Positions 24,830 to 39,004 of a stretch of DNA of 64,000 bases are shown here, in pieces. Each line of letters opens with the position of its first letter. Within the stretch, counting starts at the first letter, position 1. The stretch spans positions 14,074,001 to 14,138,000 of the forward strand of contig NC_086108.1 of assembly GCF_963921235.1 (NCBI RefSeq), in the 5' to 3' direction. Origin of the DNA: Mobula hypostoma. Taxonomy: Eukaryota. The notes under the pieces are model-generated. The model was not told where the DNA came from and did no database searches. It saw only the letters and a program-made list of their open reading frames with translations. The position numbers and the translations under genes were made by a program.

Positions 24830-27800
24830 ATATAAAGGATAAGAGGTGTAAGCAGAGCAGCCATTGTTGGTGCAGTCATTGTAGAAGTGGGGGAGTGTTA
24901 GAGTGGTCTGGCTTTGGCTCAACAGGCTGTAAGAATAGACTGGGGCAAGCACAGGTGAAGGTTTGAAATAAGTTTTTAGGAAGGATTTTTGTTAGTACGT
25001 AGCTAGTGTGCTGAGAATAGATCTGGAAGTAGTGGTATGTTCTTTGCGTGTGATGTTTGAACTCTGGAGACCTCCAGTCTACCTCATAACTATATCCACA
25101 TGAAGTGCATCAAACTGCAGCTCCTTAGAGACTATGTTAAGAACTGGAGCTGCAGTTGAATGACATTCCATTCATGTGGGAAAATGAGATGATAGATAAA
25201 AGTTACAGGGAGTTGGTCGCCCCTAAGTTGCAGGAAGCAGGTCACTTGGTGACTATCAGGAGAGATAAAGAGAATAGGCAGCGATTGTAGAGTACCCCTG
25301 TGCCCATTCCCCTCAAAAATAAGTGTACTGCTTTGGATACTGTTGGAGGAGATTACCAGCAGGGTCTCCAGCACTGATTCTCGCTTTGTGGAGGGAAGGG
25401 GGAAGAAGAGGGGTGCAGTGGTGATAGGGAATTCCATAATTAGAGGAGCAGAAACAGATTCTGTGGATGTGAAAGAGACACATGGACGGTATGTTGCCTC
25501 CCAAATGCCAGGGTCAGGGATGTCTTGGATCAGGTCCATGGCATCCTGAAGGGGGAGGATGAATAGCCAGAAGTCATGGTGCATATTGATACCAACAACA
25601 TAGGGAAGAGGTCCTGAAGAGAGAATAGAGGGAGTTGGGATGAAAGCTGCAAAGCAGCACCTCCAGGGTAGTAATCTCTGGATTGCTGCATGTGTCACTC
25701 TTTAAAAAGGGAGGGAAAGAGAATAGGATGAGTGAATGAAGAATTAGTGCAGGGGACAGGGTTTCAGATTTCCAGATCATTGGGATCTCTTCTGGGGCCT
25801 GTACAAAAAAAAGGACAGTTTACACCTGAAACTGAGGGAGACCCAATGTCCTTGTGGGCAGGTTTGCTTGAGCTGTTGGAGGAGGTTTAAACTAATTTAG
25901 CAGGGGGATGGGAACTGGTGAAATAGAGCTGAGAACAGGGCAGTTGGTATACAGCTAGATGCAATGTGTAGGGAGACTGGGAAAGAACAGGCAGATGATG
26001 GGAGGGGATTGCAGTCAGTGGGATGAGTCAAAGTGTAACAGTGGCGTGACTCTGTTGGTAAAAATGAAATCAAATCCTGAGAAAGAGATGATGTAGTATT
26101 GGAACTTGTTGAATCCTTGTGGGTAAAAATACACTGATGAGATTGTATACTGCACTCTGAACAGCAGCCAGGATGTGAGCTACAAATTACAATGGGTGAT
26201 AGAAAAGGCATATCAAAAGGGTAACGTAGCAATAACCATGGGAGATCTCAATATGTGGGTAGGGGAAAGTTGGGTTGGTGCTGATTTTAGATCCCAAGAG
26301 AGAATTAAGAGCAGTTTGTGGTTGCGCCCACTAAGTCAAAGGCAATTCTGGATTGGGTGTTACGTAATGAACTAGATTTGATTAGGGAACTTGAGGTAAA
26401 GGAACCCTTGGGAGGTAGTAATCATAATATGATAGAATTCGCCATGTAGTTTGAGAGGGAGAAGATAAAGTCAGATGTATTAGTATTACAGTGGAGTAAA
26501 ATGAATTACAGAAACATGAGAAAGGAGCTGGCCAAAGTTGATTAGAAGGGGACACTTGCAATGATAATGGCAGAACAGCAACGTTGCTGCTATTATTAAG
26601 GAGAAGGTACATGGGAAGCTAAAAGGTCTGAAGTCATTTGGATCAGATGGACTACACCCCAGGTTTCTGAAAGAGGTAAGTGAAGTAATTATAGAGGCAT
26701 TAGTAATGATCTTACAAGAATCACTAGATTCTAGAATGGTTCCTGAGGACTAAAAAACTGCAAATGTCCCTTCACTCTTTTAAAAAGGGAGGGAGGCAGC
26801 AAAAAGAAAACATAGGCTAGTTAGTCTGATTTCCATCACTTGGAGAGATGGAGTCTATTATTAAGGATGAGGTTTTGGGGTACTTGGAGGAAAATGATAA
26901 CATAGACCAAAGTCAGCCTGATTTTATAAAGGGGAAATCTTGCCTGACAAATCTGTTGGAATTCTTTGAAGAAATAACAGGCTGGATGACAAAGGAGACA
27001 GTGAATGTTGTTTATTTGGGTTTTCGGATGGCCTTTGACAAGGTACCTCAAATGAGGCTGCTAAACAAGACAAGAGCCCATGGTATTACAGGAAAGATAC
27101 TAGCATGGACAGAAGATTAGCTGACTGCAAAGTATGGGAATGGGGAGCGGGGTGTCTTTTCTGGTTGACTGCCAGTAACTAGTGATGTGCCGCAGGGTTC
27201 TGTGTTGGGACCACTTCTTTTCATGTTGTACGTCAATGAATTGGAAAAAGGGATTGATGGCTTTGTGGCCAAGTTTGCGATGATATGATGATAGGTGGAT
27301 AGTCAGGTCGTGTTGAGGAAGAAGGGTGGCTGCAGAAGGGCTTAGACAGATTGGGGGAATGGGCAAAGAAGTGGCAGATGGAATGTAGTGTAGAGAAGTG
27401 CAAGGTCATGCACTTTAGTAGGAGTAAAGGCAACAACTATTTTCTTAATGGAAAGAAAATTCAAAAATCGGAAGTGCAAAGAGACTTGGAAGTCCTCTTG
27501 TGGCATTCGGTATTCCCTGAAATTTAATTTGCAAGTTGAGTTGATGGTAAGGAAGGCAAATGAATTGATTGAGAGGGCTAGAAAACAAAAGCAAGGACGT
27601 AATGCTGAGGCTTTATAAAGCATTGGTGGGATCACACTTGGAGTATTGTGAACCCCTTATCTAAGAGAAGACCTGCTGGTATTCCAGAGGAGGTTCACAA
27701 GAATTATCCCAGGAATGATAGGGTTAACATATAAGGAGAGTTTGATGGCTCACGGCTTGTACTGGGAGTTTAGAAGAACGAGGTGGTGGGGATGTCTCAT

Positions 27801-28122
27801 TGAAACCTATCAAATATTGAAAGGCCCCAATAGAGTCAACGTGGAGAGGATATTTCCTGTAGTGGGGGAGTCTAGGACCAGAGGACATGGCCTCACAATT
27901 TAAGACCATCCAATTAGAACACAGATTCACAGATGGTGAGTTTGTGGAATTCATTGCCATAGCCAGCTAGGTAGGCCAAGTCATTGGGTATATTTAGGGT
28001 GGAGGTTGATAGGTTCCTGATTTATCAGGGAGAAGTCAGGAGAATGGGATTGAGAGAGCCATGTTGGAACAGCAGAGCAGACTCGATGGACCAAATGGCC
28101 TAATTCTGCTGCTATGTCTTAT
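24830..28122 (+). mobile_element. CR1 LINE spanning both ends, degenerate with internal deletions
   Basis: ORF1 VVIGNSIIRG; ORF2 KGKSCLTNLLEFFEE, VPQGSVLGP, GESRTRGH; CR1-type 3' tail. Confidence 0.9.
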
Positions 28123-28719
28123 GAATTTTCATTACATGAGGAGACTAACATTGTACAGAGTCACTAAAGCCCTAACCCTATGTGATGCAGTAACATATCT
28201 TTATTCTCGTATTGAAGTGCTCTTGAAATAAAGCTAACTTAACACTTGTCTTCATAACTGCCAATTGAACCTGCATTTCAGCTTTCAGTAACTTGCAAAT
28301 TCAGACACCCGGCTATGTTTGAACATCAACATTTCCCAATCTCCCACCACTTAAAACATACAATTTTTACTTTTTCTATTGATGAATCACCTCACATTTT
28401 TCACATTATATTCTACCAGCCACATTGTTGCCCACATTGAGTTGAAGCCTCTTTACATCATCACCCACATCCCCCTCAGTTTCACATTATCAGCAGACAG
28501 GGAAATGACAGATATAGTGGCCTTTTCCAGATTGTCACTGTGGGTTGTGTATTGTAGGGGTCCACAGGTGGATTCAGTCACTAGTTATAGCCTACTGATC
28601 TGAGAAAGGTCAGTTTGTTCCTGCTCTTGGTTTTCTGTCAGTTAATAATGACAATCCACACTAGCATATGATCTCCAATTCCATGTACTCTGACCTCGTT
28701 CACCAATCTCCTGTGTGGG

Positions 28720-29320
28720 TCAGAGGGAGTAAGGGGAGTTATAGAGGCCAAGGGGAATGAAGGAATTGGGGATGAGAAGAGAAAGAAGTCCAAGTGATCA
28801 GAGAATGTTGATGAGGAGAGATGAGGATTGGGAGAGTGGGACGAGGAGAAAAAGTAAAAGATATAAAGCAAGATTTGGAGAAAGAGAATGGGCAAAGTAA
28901 AGGTAAAAGAAAGAGGGAAGACATTTGAAAATCAAGAGGATAAAGATGAGGGTTGAGGAGACAGAAAGAGAACAAGGAGATGGATAATAAGGAAAGGAGT
29001 TGAGCTGAGAGTGGGGAGAGAGGGGGAGACATGGCAGTCAGAGGAAAGAGTGGATAAATGGCAAGGGAAGCAGAGAGTGAATTTGAGGGGAGAGACAGGA
29101 TGAAGAAGGGTAATGGGGTGAAGAGAAAGGGCATGAGGGAAAGAAGTGAGGGAAATGGGGAAAAAGAAAGATAGGATGCAGAGTGAGAGGAGGAGATGGG
29201 AGGTGGAGGCTGATATACAAAAACAGAAGAAGAGAGTGGACAAGCAAAGAAAGCAGAATGAATGGGATAAAAAGGGGGAAAGATGAGAAATAAATATTGG
29301 AAAAGGGAGAAAAAAGCGAT
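28720..29320. repeat. Purine-rich (GA) low-complexity tract
   Basis: About 600 bp dominated by A and G on the + strand. Confidence 0.85.
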
Positions 29321-29829
29321 GCAACCAGCCAGAATGCTCTCCTCTGTACATCTGGAGAAACTCCATAAACTTCCTCTACTACCATTGGGGAGGAGGTAGA
29401 GGAGCCTAAAGATCCCCACTCAATGATTCAGGAGCACCTTCTTCCCCTCCATTCTCAGATTTCTAAATGGTCTCTGAACCCATGAATGCTACCTCATCAT
29501 TATTCCTTTTTTTTTGCACTATTTATCTTGTACTTTATAGTAATTTCCTACCTTTGCACAATGCTGCTGTCACAAAATAACAAACTTCACGTCATAAAAA
29601 GCAGTGATAGTAAACCTCATTTAGATTCTGATTCCGTAATTCCCTGGAGAGTCTGCTTAAAAGAGTTTTCATAGAATCATATAATTTTTGTGTCATCTGC
29701 AAATTTATTAATCATACTCCTACATTCACATCTAATATATCAATGTATATAACAAGCACCTTTCTCTGTGCTACACTGCTGGGTAGAGGCTTCCAATCAC
29801 AAGAACAGCCCTCCAACACGACCTTCTTT

Positions 29830-32800
29830 CAAAGTCAAGGTAAATTTTTTTTCAATTGGCGCACAGCTGCCATATACTATCCTTGCAGGCATTCAGACAA
29901 AGAAATACAATAGAATCAATGGAAAACTAAACACAAAGACAGAGAGCCAATGCGTAAAAGAAGACAGACTGTGCAAACACAAAAAAAAAAGAATAAATAA
30001 ATCACACCGAGAATATGAATTGTAGAGTTCTTAAAAGTGAGTGCATAGGTCGTGGAATCAGTTCAGTGTTGAGTTGAGTGAAGTTATCCACGTTGGGTTT
30101 TTGGAGCTGTACTTAGCCTCACAGTCATAAGCATAAAGTAAATAGAGCAAGGGCTAAGCACACAGCCTTGTCGTGCAACTATTCTGATTATAATTGTGAA
30201 AGAAATGTTGCCAATCTGTACTGACTGGGGTCTGCTGTTGGGGAAATCAAGAATCCAGTTGCACAAGGAGGCTTGGAGGCTTAAGTCTTGGAGATTTTTG
30301 ATGAGTTTGAAGGGGATGATGGTGTTAAATTCTGAGTAGTACAATGCAGAGCATTCTGATGTATGCACCTTCACTGTCCAGATGTTCCAGAGCTGAGTGA
30401 AGAGCTAATGAGATGGCATCTGCTTTGATCTGTTGTGACAGTAGGCAAATTAGAGTGGATCCAAGTCATTCCTCAGGTAGGAGATGATGTGCTTCATAAT
30501 CAATCTTGCAGACCACTTCATTACAGTGGATATAAGTGCTACCGAATGTTAATCATTAAGGCAAGTTACCACATTCTTTTTGGGCACTGGTATCATTGAA
30601 GCAGGTGGGTACCTCAGACTGCCAAAACAAGAGGTTGGAGATGTCAGTAAGCACTCTACATATTGGCAGGGACTCCCATACTGTAAAATGACTAAATGGG
30701 ATAGAGTTTGTCAAACATGTTCAGGAAAATTTCCTTAATCAGTACATAGAAGTTCCAATGAGAGAGTATGCGATACTTGATCTCCTATTAGAGAATGAGA
30801 CAGGGCAGGTGTCAGAAGTTAGTGTAGGGAAATGCTTTGCATCTAGTGATCATAATGTCATTAGTTTCAAAGTAAATATGGGAAAAGACAAGTCTGGACC
30901 ACGGGTTGAGATTCTAAACTGGAGAAAGGCCAATTTTGAAGGTATCAGAAAGGATCTGGGAAGTGTGGATTGGGACTGGCTGCTTTGGTGTACGTGTTAC
31001 GTGGGAGGCCTTCAAAAGAAATTTTGACAGAACAAAGCTTGTACATGACTGCCAGAATGAAAAGGTAAAGATAACAAGTTTAGGGAACCTTTGTTTTGAA
31101 GGGGTATTGAGGCCCTGGTTATGAGAAAAAGAGGTGCTTTGTAGGTATAGGCAGGTAGGAACAAATGAGGTACTTGAGTACAAGAGATGAAAGAGAACAC
31201 TGAAGAAGGAAATCAGGAGGGCTAAAAGAAGGCATAAGGCTGCTCCAGTAGACAAGGTGAAGGAGAATTTTAAGGGAGTCTACAGCTATGTTAAGAGCAA
31301 AAGGATTGCAAGGGACAAAACTGGTCTTCTGGAAGATCAGAATGGTAATCCATGTGTAGAGCCAAAAGAGATGGGGGAATCTTAAATGGATTATCTTAAA
31401 TAAATTTGCATCTATATTTATTTGGGAGATGGACACGGTCTATAGAAGTAAGGCAAAGCAGCAGTGAAGTCATGGACCCCAGAGATTACAGAGGAGGAGG
31501 TGTTTGCTGTCTTGAGGGAAATTAGGGTGGATAAATCCTCTGGGCCTGACTGGGTGTCCCCTCGGACCCTGTGGAGGTAAGTGCTGAAATTGCAGAAGCC
31601 CTTGCAGAAATGCTTAGATAATCCTTCGTGACAGTTGAGGACTGGAGGATAGGTCATGTCATCCGCTGCTTAAGAAAGTTCTAGTGATAAACCAGGAAAT
31701 TATAGGCCAGTGAGCCTGACATCAGTAGTTGGAAAGTTATTAGAAGGTAGTTAAGGAACTGAATTTATGAACATTTGGATATACAGTGACTGGTTAGGGA
31801 TACTCAGTATGGCTTCATGCGTTACCAGAAAAGTTGATCAAGGCAAACCAGTGGATGTTGTCTAAATGGACTTCAGCAAGGCATTTGACAAGATCCCACA
31901 TGGGAGGCTAGTCAAGAACATTCAGTTCAAGATGAGGTAATGAACTGGATTAGACACTGGCTTTCTGGGAGAAGCTAGAGAGTGGTAGTAGATAGTTTCC
32001 TCTCTGATTTAAGGCCTGTGACTAGTCGAGCGCTGTAGGGATCGATGCTGGGATTGTTGTTGTTTGTCATCTATATCAACGATACGGACGATAATATGGT
32101 GAAACTAGATCAGCAAATTTGCGGATGACACCAAGATTGGGGGTGTAGTGAATAGTGAGGGAGACTAGCATGGCTTGCAGCAGGATCTGGACCAGCTGTT
32201 GTTGTTTTTTTTTAAAATGGCAGATGGCAGATGGAACTTAATGCAGACAAATGCGAGGTGTTGCACTTCAGCAGGAATAACCAGGGTAGGTCTTGTACAG
32301 AGAATGGTATCATACTAAGGAATGTGGCAGAACAAAGGGATGTGGGAATACAGGTTAATAATTCATTGAAAGTGGCAACACAGGTAGACAGGGTTGTAAA
32401 GAAAAATTTTGGTATATCGGCCTTTATAAATCAAAGTAGTGAGTACAGGAGATGGGATGTTATGATGTTATTGTATAAGACATTGACGAGGCCTAATTTG
32501 GAGTATTGTGTTCAGTTTTGGTCACTTACCTACAGGAAAAAATGTAAATAATGTTGAAAGCCTACAAGAGTGTTGCCAGAACTGGAGGACCTGAGTTGTA
32601 AGGAAAGATTGAATAGGTTAGGATTTTATTCCTTGTAATGTAGAAGATTGAGTGGAGGTATATAAAATTGAGGCATATAGGTAGGGTAAATGCAAGCAGT
32701 ATTTTTCCTCTGAGGTTGGGTTGGACTAGAGGTTATGGGTTAATGGTGAAAGGTGAAAAGTTTAAGGAGAACATGAGGGGGAATCTTCTTCACTCGGAAG

Positions 32801-33810
32801 GTCAAGAGATTGTGCAATGAGCTACTAGTGCAAGTGGTGCATGCGAGCTCGATCTCAATGTTTAAGAGAAGTTTGGATAGTTACATGGATGGGAAGGGGT
32901 TTGTAAGGATATGGACCAGGTGCAGTTTGATGGGACTAGGCATCTTAAATCATTTAGCACAGACTGGATGGGCCAAAGGGATTGTTTCTGTGCTGTACTT
33001 TCCTATGACTCTGCAACTCCAATCAGTTGCTTATCCAGGCTTCAGTACTCAGCCAGGTACGCTGACTGGGCCAAATGCTTTCAGTGGGTTTAACCTCCTG
33101 AAGAATGCTCTCACATTGGCCTCAGAGACTGAAATCACAGGGTCATTAGGGCCTGTGAGTTTGTGAAGGTGCCCCATGTTCTTGGGTCAAGGTGAGCATA
33201 AAAGGCATTGAGCTCATCTGGGAGTGAAACCTTGTCACATACAGTATATACATATTGCTTGGTTTTGCTTTGTCAGTTGTGATGGCATTGAAGTCCTGCC
33301 ACAGCTGTTGAGCTTCTTTCTGTGATTCGGATTTAATCTGGAATTGCCATTTCCAGACTAAATGTGAGATGGCTTCCTGGAGGCCATAGCTGGACCTCTT
33401 CTTACGTTCCTGAGATACCAGACCTATCTGGCCCTGAACAGATTACAGATCTCTTGGTTCATCTGCGGCTTCTAGTTAGGGAAGACTAAATGATTTTCTG
33501 GGGACATTCTTGTCCACAATTATCTTTATAATGTCCGTGACAACTGTGGCATATTCTTTCAGATCTTCTAATGAGTACTTGAACATAGCCCAGTCTACCA
33601 ACTCGAAGAAACCCCGTCACAAGTCCTCTGCCTCCAGCGACCACCTGTTTGTTGTTGTTATGATTGGTGCCTTGTTTTTTAGCCTCTGCTTGTATGTAGG
33701 TAAAAGGAACAAAACCAAATGATCAGATTTGCTAAAATGTGGTGAAGGGATGAAATAGTAGGCATTGTTGATAGTATTGTAGCAGTAGCTGAGTATGCTA
33801 GATTCCTCTA
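29830..33810 (-). mobile_element. Rex1/Babar-like LINE split by a CR1 insertion (pieces about 29830-30657 and 33015-33810)
   Basis: [17 protein letters not shown] in the first piece; the GP/KPQMNQEI/KSDH region continues in the second. Confidence 0.75.
30660..33012 (+). mobile_element. 5'-truncated CR1 LINE
   Basis: AILDLLL, SDHNVI, DFSKAFDKIPH, KFADDTKIG, RPNLEYCVQFW; CTATGACT tail. Confidence 0.9.
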
Positions 33811-34915
33811 CTTAAAGTTTGCATAAACTTTAAGAAAGTAGAGACACAACCATGCCTTCTTTGTAACAGCAGTTATGTGTTGGACCCAGAAAAGATCCTT
33901 CAAAATGATTTCCCCTAACCCTAAAGGTACTAACCTTCTCCACCGCTGATCCCTTAATGAGGACTGGCTTATGGACCTTTCTGGGAATAGGGTAGTTGGT
34001 TTACAAACAGGCAGTGTGTCGTGGGACAGGCTGATGATGGGGCAAAATTGCAGTTAATGGGATCAGTTACAATCTGAAAGGGGGACAAAATCGAAAAGGG
34101 TGACGAATACAAGACTGAAGGTATTGTATTTGAATGCACACAGTATATGGAATAAGATAGATGAACTTGTAGCTCGGTTACAAATTTGCACACATGACAA
34201 TGTGGGCATCACTGAATCGTGACTGAAAGAAGATTATATCTGAGAGCTTAACGTCCAAGGATACACATTGTATTGAAAAGACGGGCAGGTGGGTAGAGGG
34301 GTTGGCTTGGCTCTGTTGGTTTAAAAAAAATGAAATCACACCCTTAGAAAGAGGTGGCATAGGATTGGAAGGTGTAGAATCATTGTGGGTGTAGTAAAGA
34401 AGCTGCGAGGGTAAAAAGATTCTGACGGGAGTTGTATACAGGCCTCTGAACAGTAGTAAAGATGTGGGCTACAAATTACAGTGGGGAAACAGCAAAGATA
34501 TGTCAAAAAGGCAATGTTATGATAACCATAGGGGATTTCAGTATTCAGGTTGATTGGGTAAATCAGTTTGCTGCTGGATCCCAAGAGGGGGAGTTTGTAG
34601 AATGCCTACAATATGGCTTTTTTAGAGCAGCTCATGGTTGAGCCCACCAGGGGATCAGCTATTCTAGATTGAACCAGAATTGATTCGAGAACTTAAAGTA
34701 GAGAAACCCTTGGAGGGGTGGGGGGAAGTGATCATAATATGATTGAAATTTGAGAAGGAGACACTAAAGTCAGATGTATCAGTATTACAGTGAAGTAAAG
34801 AGGGCATGAAGAGAGAAACTGGCCAAAATTGAATGGAAGGGGACACTAGCAGGGATGATAGAAGAACAGCAATGGCTGGAGTTTCTGGGAGCAATTTGGA
34901 AGGCATAGGATAGTT

Positions 34916-35709
34916 CAGTGGTCCCCAACCACTGGGCCTCGGACCGGTACCAGGCCGCAAAGCATGTGCTACAGGGCCGCGAGGAAACGATATGATCTGG
35001 CGGTATGAAACGATATGAGTCAGCTGCACCTTTCCTCATTCCCTGTCACTCACTGTTGATCTAGAACATAGGGTTGCCAACTGTCCTGTATTAGCTGGGA
35101 CATCCCGTATATTGGGCTAATTTGGTTTGTCCCATACGGGACCGCCCTTGTCTCGTATTTCCCCCGCTAATGTAGAACGTTCCTGTGAAACCGTTCGTAA
35201 GCCAAAATGGCGTAAAGTGAAGAAGCAATTACCATTAATTTATATGGGAAAAATTTTTGAGCGTTCCCAGACCCAAAGAATAACCTACCAAATCATACTA
35301 AATAGGACATAAAACCTAAAATAACATAACATATATAATAAAAGCAGGAATGATATGATAAATACACAGCCTATCTAAATTAGAAATAATCTATGTACAG
35401 TGTAATTTCACTTAACAGAATCGGGAAGATTAAGCCAAAACCCCGATTTGTAGAAAAAAAAGGCACGTACACACATGCGCATGTCATGCATGCGCACACA
35501 GGTGCCCGCGCAAGGCTTTATGGTCATGGTAGTCTTTCTCGGGGTAAACACAAGTGTCCCGTATTTGACTGCTATTTTTGTCCCTTATTTGGGGGTGAGA
35601 AAGTTGGCAACCCTACTTGAACAACGCTCCCCCCCACCACCCCCGCTGACTGTTCCGCAAGAATATTGCCAATATTAAACCGCGGTGCAAAAAAGGTTGG
35701 GGACCCCTG
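34916..35709. mobile_element. hAT (Charlie-like) non-autonomous element
   Basis: TIRs CAGTGGTCCCCAACC / GGTTGGGGACCCCTG. Perfect 8-bp TSD GGATAGTT (34908-34915 and 35710-35717). Confidence 0.92.
35069..35615. mobile_element. Second hAT-type MITE nested inside the first
   Basis: TIRs TAGGGTTGCCAACT / AGTTGGCAACCCTA. 8-bp TSD CTAGAACA / CTTGAACA (1 mismatch). Confidence 0.88.
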
Positions 35710-36129
35710 GGATAGTTACAACCCTAAGAAAAAGAAGTGTTCTAAAGGCAAGATGACACAACTGGGGCTGACAAGGAGAAGTCAAAGCCAGCATAAAAGC
35801 TAAAGAGAGGGCATATAATAGAGCAAAAATTAATGGGAAGTTAGAGGATTGGGAGGCTTTTAAAAGCCAACTAAAAAAGCAATAAAGAAGGAAAAGATGG
35901 AATACAAAGGTAGGCTAGCCAATAATATTAAATAGGATACCAAAAGTTTCTTCAGTTATATAAGAGTATTTAACAGGAGTTAATGGACCGCTGAAAAATG
36001 ATGCTGAAGAGGTAGTAATGGGTGGCAAGGAAATAGTGGACGAATTGAATAAGAATTTTGCATCAGTCTTTATTGTGGAAGACACTAGTAGTATGCCGGA
36101 AGTTCAAGAGTGTTGGGGGACAGAAGTGA

Positions 36130-36345
36130 GATATACCACCCAGCAATCCTCCAATCTAATCCCACAACTTACAATGACCAACTAACCTATCAGCTGGTAC
36201 ACCTTTGGACTGTGGGAGAAAACTGAAGCACCCAGAGAAAATCCACAAGGTCACAAGGCAAATGTGCAAACTCCTTACAGGAATTAAACTTGGGTCGCTG
36301 GGACTGTATAGCATTGTGCTGACCGCTGATACCATGCCACCTGTT
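36130..36345 (-). mobile_element. V-SINE copy
   Basis: Reverse complement of the V-domain (CTTTGGACTGTGGGAGAAAACTGAAGCACCCAGAG). Confidence 0.7.
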
Positions 36346-37619
36346 TAATTAAGGGAAAATCTTGCCTGACAAATCTGTTGGCATTCTTTGAAGAAATGAA
36401 AAGCGAGTAGGCAAAGGAGAATCAGTGGATGTTGTGTACTAGGATCTTCAGTAGGTCTTCCAGGTGCCAAACATGAGGCTGCTTAACAAGTTAAGAGCCC
36501 ATGGTATTATAGGAAAGATACTAGCATAGAGGGAGTATTGACTGATTGGCAGGATGCAAAGAGTGTGAATAAAGGGAGCCTTTTGTAGTTGATTGCTGGT
36601 GTCTAATGGTGTTCCACAGGGGACTGTGTTTGGACTGATCCTTTTTACAGTATATATCAATAATTTTGGATGAAGGAATTGATGGCTTTGTGGCCAAATT
36701 AGTGGATGATACAAAGATGGGTGGAGGATCAGGTAGTGTTCAGGAAGCAGAGAGGCTACAAGAGGACAAACAGATTTGGAGAATGGGCTAAAAAGTAGCA
36801 GATGGAATACAGTGTCAGGAAGTATGGCCATGCACATTGGCAGAAGAAATAAAAGCGAGACTATTTTCTAAATGGTGGAAAAAAAATTCAAAAACTGAGG
36901 TGCAAAGGGACTTGGGAATCCTCATGCAGGATTCCCTAAAGGTTAATTTGCAGGTGGAGTCAGTGGTGAGGAAGGAAAATGCGATGTTGCCATTCAGTTC
37001 AGAGGATTAGAATATAAAGGCAAGGATGTAACTTTGAGGCTTTATAAGGCACTGATGACACCTTAGTTGTAGTATTGTGAGCAGTTGTGGGCCCGTATCT
37101 AAGAAAGGATGTACTGATACTGGAGAGGGTTTAAAGGAGGTTCACAAAAATAATTCTGGGGTTGATAGGGTTATCTTTTGATGGCTCTGGGCCTGTTGTC
37201 ACTGCAACTCAGGAGACTGAGGGGATTCTCATCTAACCTATTGAATGTTTAAAGGCCTCGATAGAGTCAATGTGGAGAGGATGTTTCCTATGGTTGGGGA
37301 GTCTTAAGACCAGAGGACGCAGACTGGGAATGGAGGGACATCCATTTAGATTGCAGGTGAGGAGGAATTTCTTCAGCCAGAGAGATGAATCTGTGGATTT
37401 GTTGCCACAGGCAGCTGTGGAAGCCAAGTGATTAGGTATATTTAAGGCAGAGGTTGATGGGCTCTTTATTAGTCAGGTCATGAAGAGCTACGGGGAGAAG
37501 GCAGGAGATTAGCGCTGAGGGAAATGGATCAGCCTTGATGAAATGATGAAACAGGCTTGGTGGACCAAATGGTATAATTCTGTTTTTACTGTATAACCTG
37601 TGGTCTTCCTCCTGTAGTC

Positions 37620-38850
37620 AATAACTCTATAAATGCATGGTTCCCTGAAAGTGGGGTCACAGGTAGATAGAGCAGTGAAGAGGGCTTTTTGTACACTGGC
37701 CGTTCAATCATGGTGATGAGTATTGAAGTTGGAATGTTATGACACAGCTCAACAAGACATTGGTGAGGCCATCTTTGAAACATTGTTCAGTTTTGGTCAT
37801 CCTGCTATAGCAGAGTTGCCACAAAGCAGGAAAGAGTGCAGAGGATATTTATTAACATTTTGCTAAGACTCGAGGGACAGAATAATGGAGAGAAATTGAG
37901 CAGATTGGGACTGTATTCCCTGGAGCACAGGAGGTTGAAGGATAATCTTAGCAGTGTACAAAATCATGATGGGCATAGATTGGATGAACGCCCAAGTTTT
38001 TCTCCAAAGGATGGGGAATCAATAAGTTGAGCACCAGGGTTTAAGATGAGAGGGGAGGGGAGATATATAACAGAGAGCTGAGGGCAAATTTTACAACTGG
38101 AGTGTGAAATGGGGAATGAGCTGCCAGTTGAGGCAGGTATATTAACAATGTGGAGAGGAAATGTTGAGAGGGATATAGGCTAAACATGGGTAAATGGGTC
38201 TAGCTTAGATAAAAATATTGGTTGGTGTGGACCAGTCGGGCTGAAGGGATTGTGTCCATAACAGATAGGTGGTAAATATACTTTCATTAGCATACAAGAT
38301 AAGGATAGCGAGGTTGGGGTACAACTTTACAAAACATTGGTTAGGCCACGGGGAAGTAATAGTTACAGTTTTGGATTCTCCACTGTAGGAAGGATGTGAT
38401 TGTACTGAAGAGGGTGCAGGGGAGATGCGTCAGGATCTTGTCTGGGATAGAATATTTCGGTTCTGAGGAGAGGCTGGTCTGTTTTCTTTGGAGTGGATAA
38501 GGCCAAGAGGGACCAAATAGAAGTGTATAAAATTGAGGAGTATTTTTAAGGCGGATAGTGGGAAATTTACCCCACCTCCCCCCAGCAGTATGGCCAAAAC
38601 TGACGGACTTGGGTTAAGGCGAAGAGTTTTAAAGTGGATCTGAGGAAGAACTTTTTATTCCAAATGGCAGTTGGAATCAGAAGAGCACTGACTGAATCGG
38701 TGATGCAGACATTTAAGGGCTACTGAAACAAGCACTTCAAGGATATGGACCAGTACTAGTTAATGAGATTAGTGTTGATGGGTACCATGATGGTTAGTGT
38801 TGACTTGATGGGCCGAAGGGTCTGTGTCAGAGCTGTCTCACTCAGACTTT
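37620..38850 (+). mobile_element. Two tandem CR1 3' fragments
   Basis: RLGLYSLEHRRL and RVQGR-type ORF2 ends, each followed by a CR1 3' UTR. Confidence 0.75.
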
Positions 38851-39004
38851 AAACAACCGTTTCATGGGACTGCTTTGCGGAACACTGTTTATCCAGATCC
38901 ATGATGTGACTGGGAGGACCATCCTCTCACCACCAGGTGGCAGAATGCACTGCCATGACAGGGCAGGATGGCAGACACTGTCAACGAAGTGGAAAGACTA
39001 TGGG

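Larger units (their letters stand above)
33980..37590 (+). mobile_element. CR1 LINE with nested hAT MITEs and a V-SINE
   Basis: APE and RT motifs (KGKSCLTNLL, GVPQG); interrupted at 34916-35709 and about 36130-36345. Confidence 0.88.

Noticed and set aside
28638..29419. Long Ser/Leu/Phe/Pro-rich minus-strand ORFs
   Set aside because: Artefacts of the polypurine tract.
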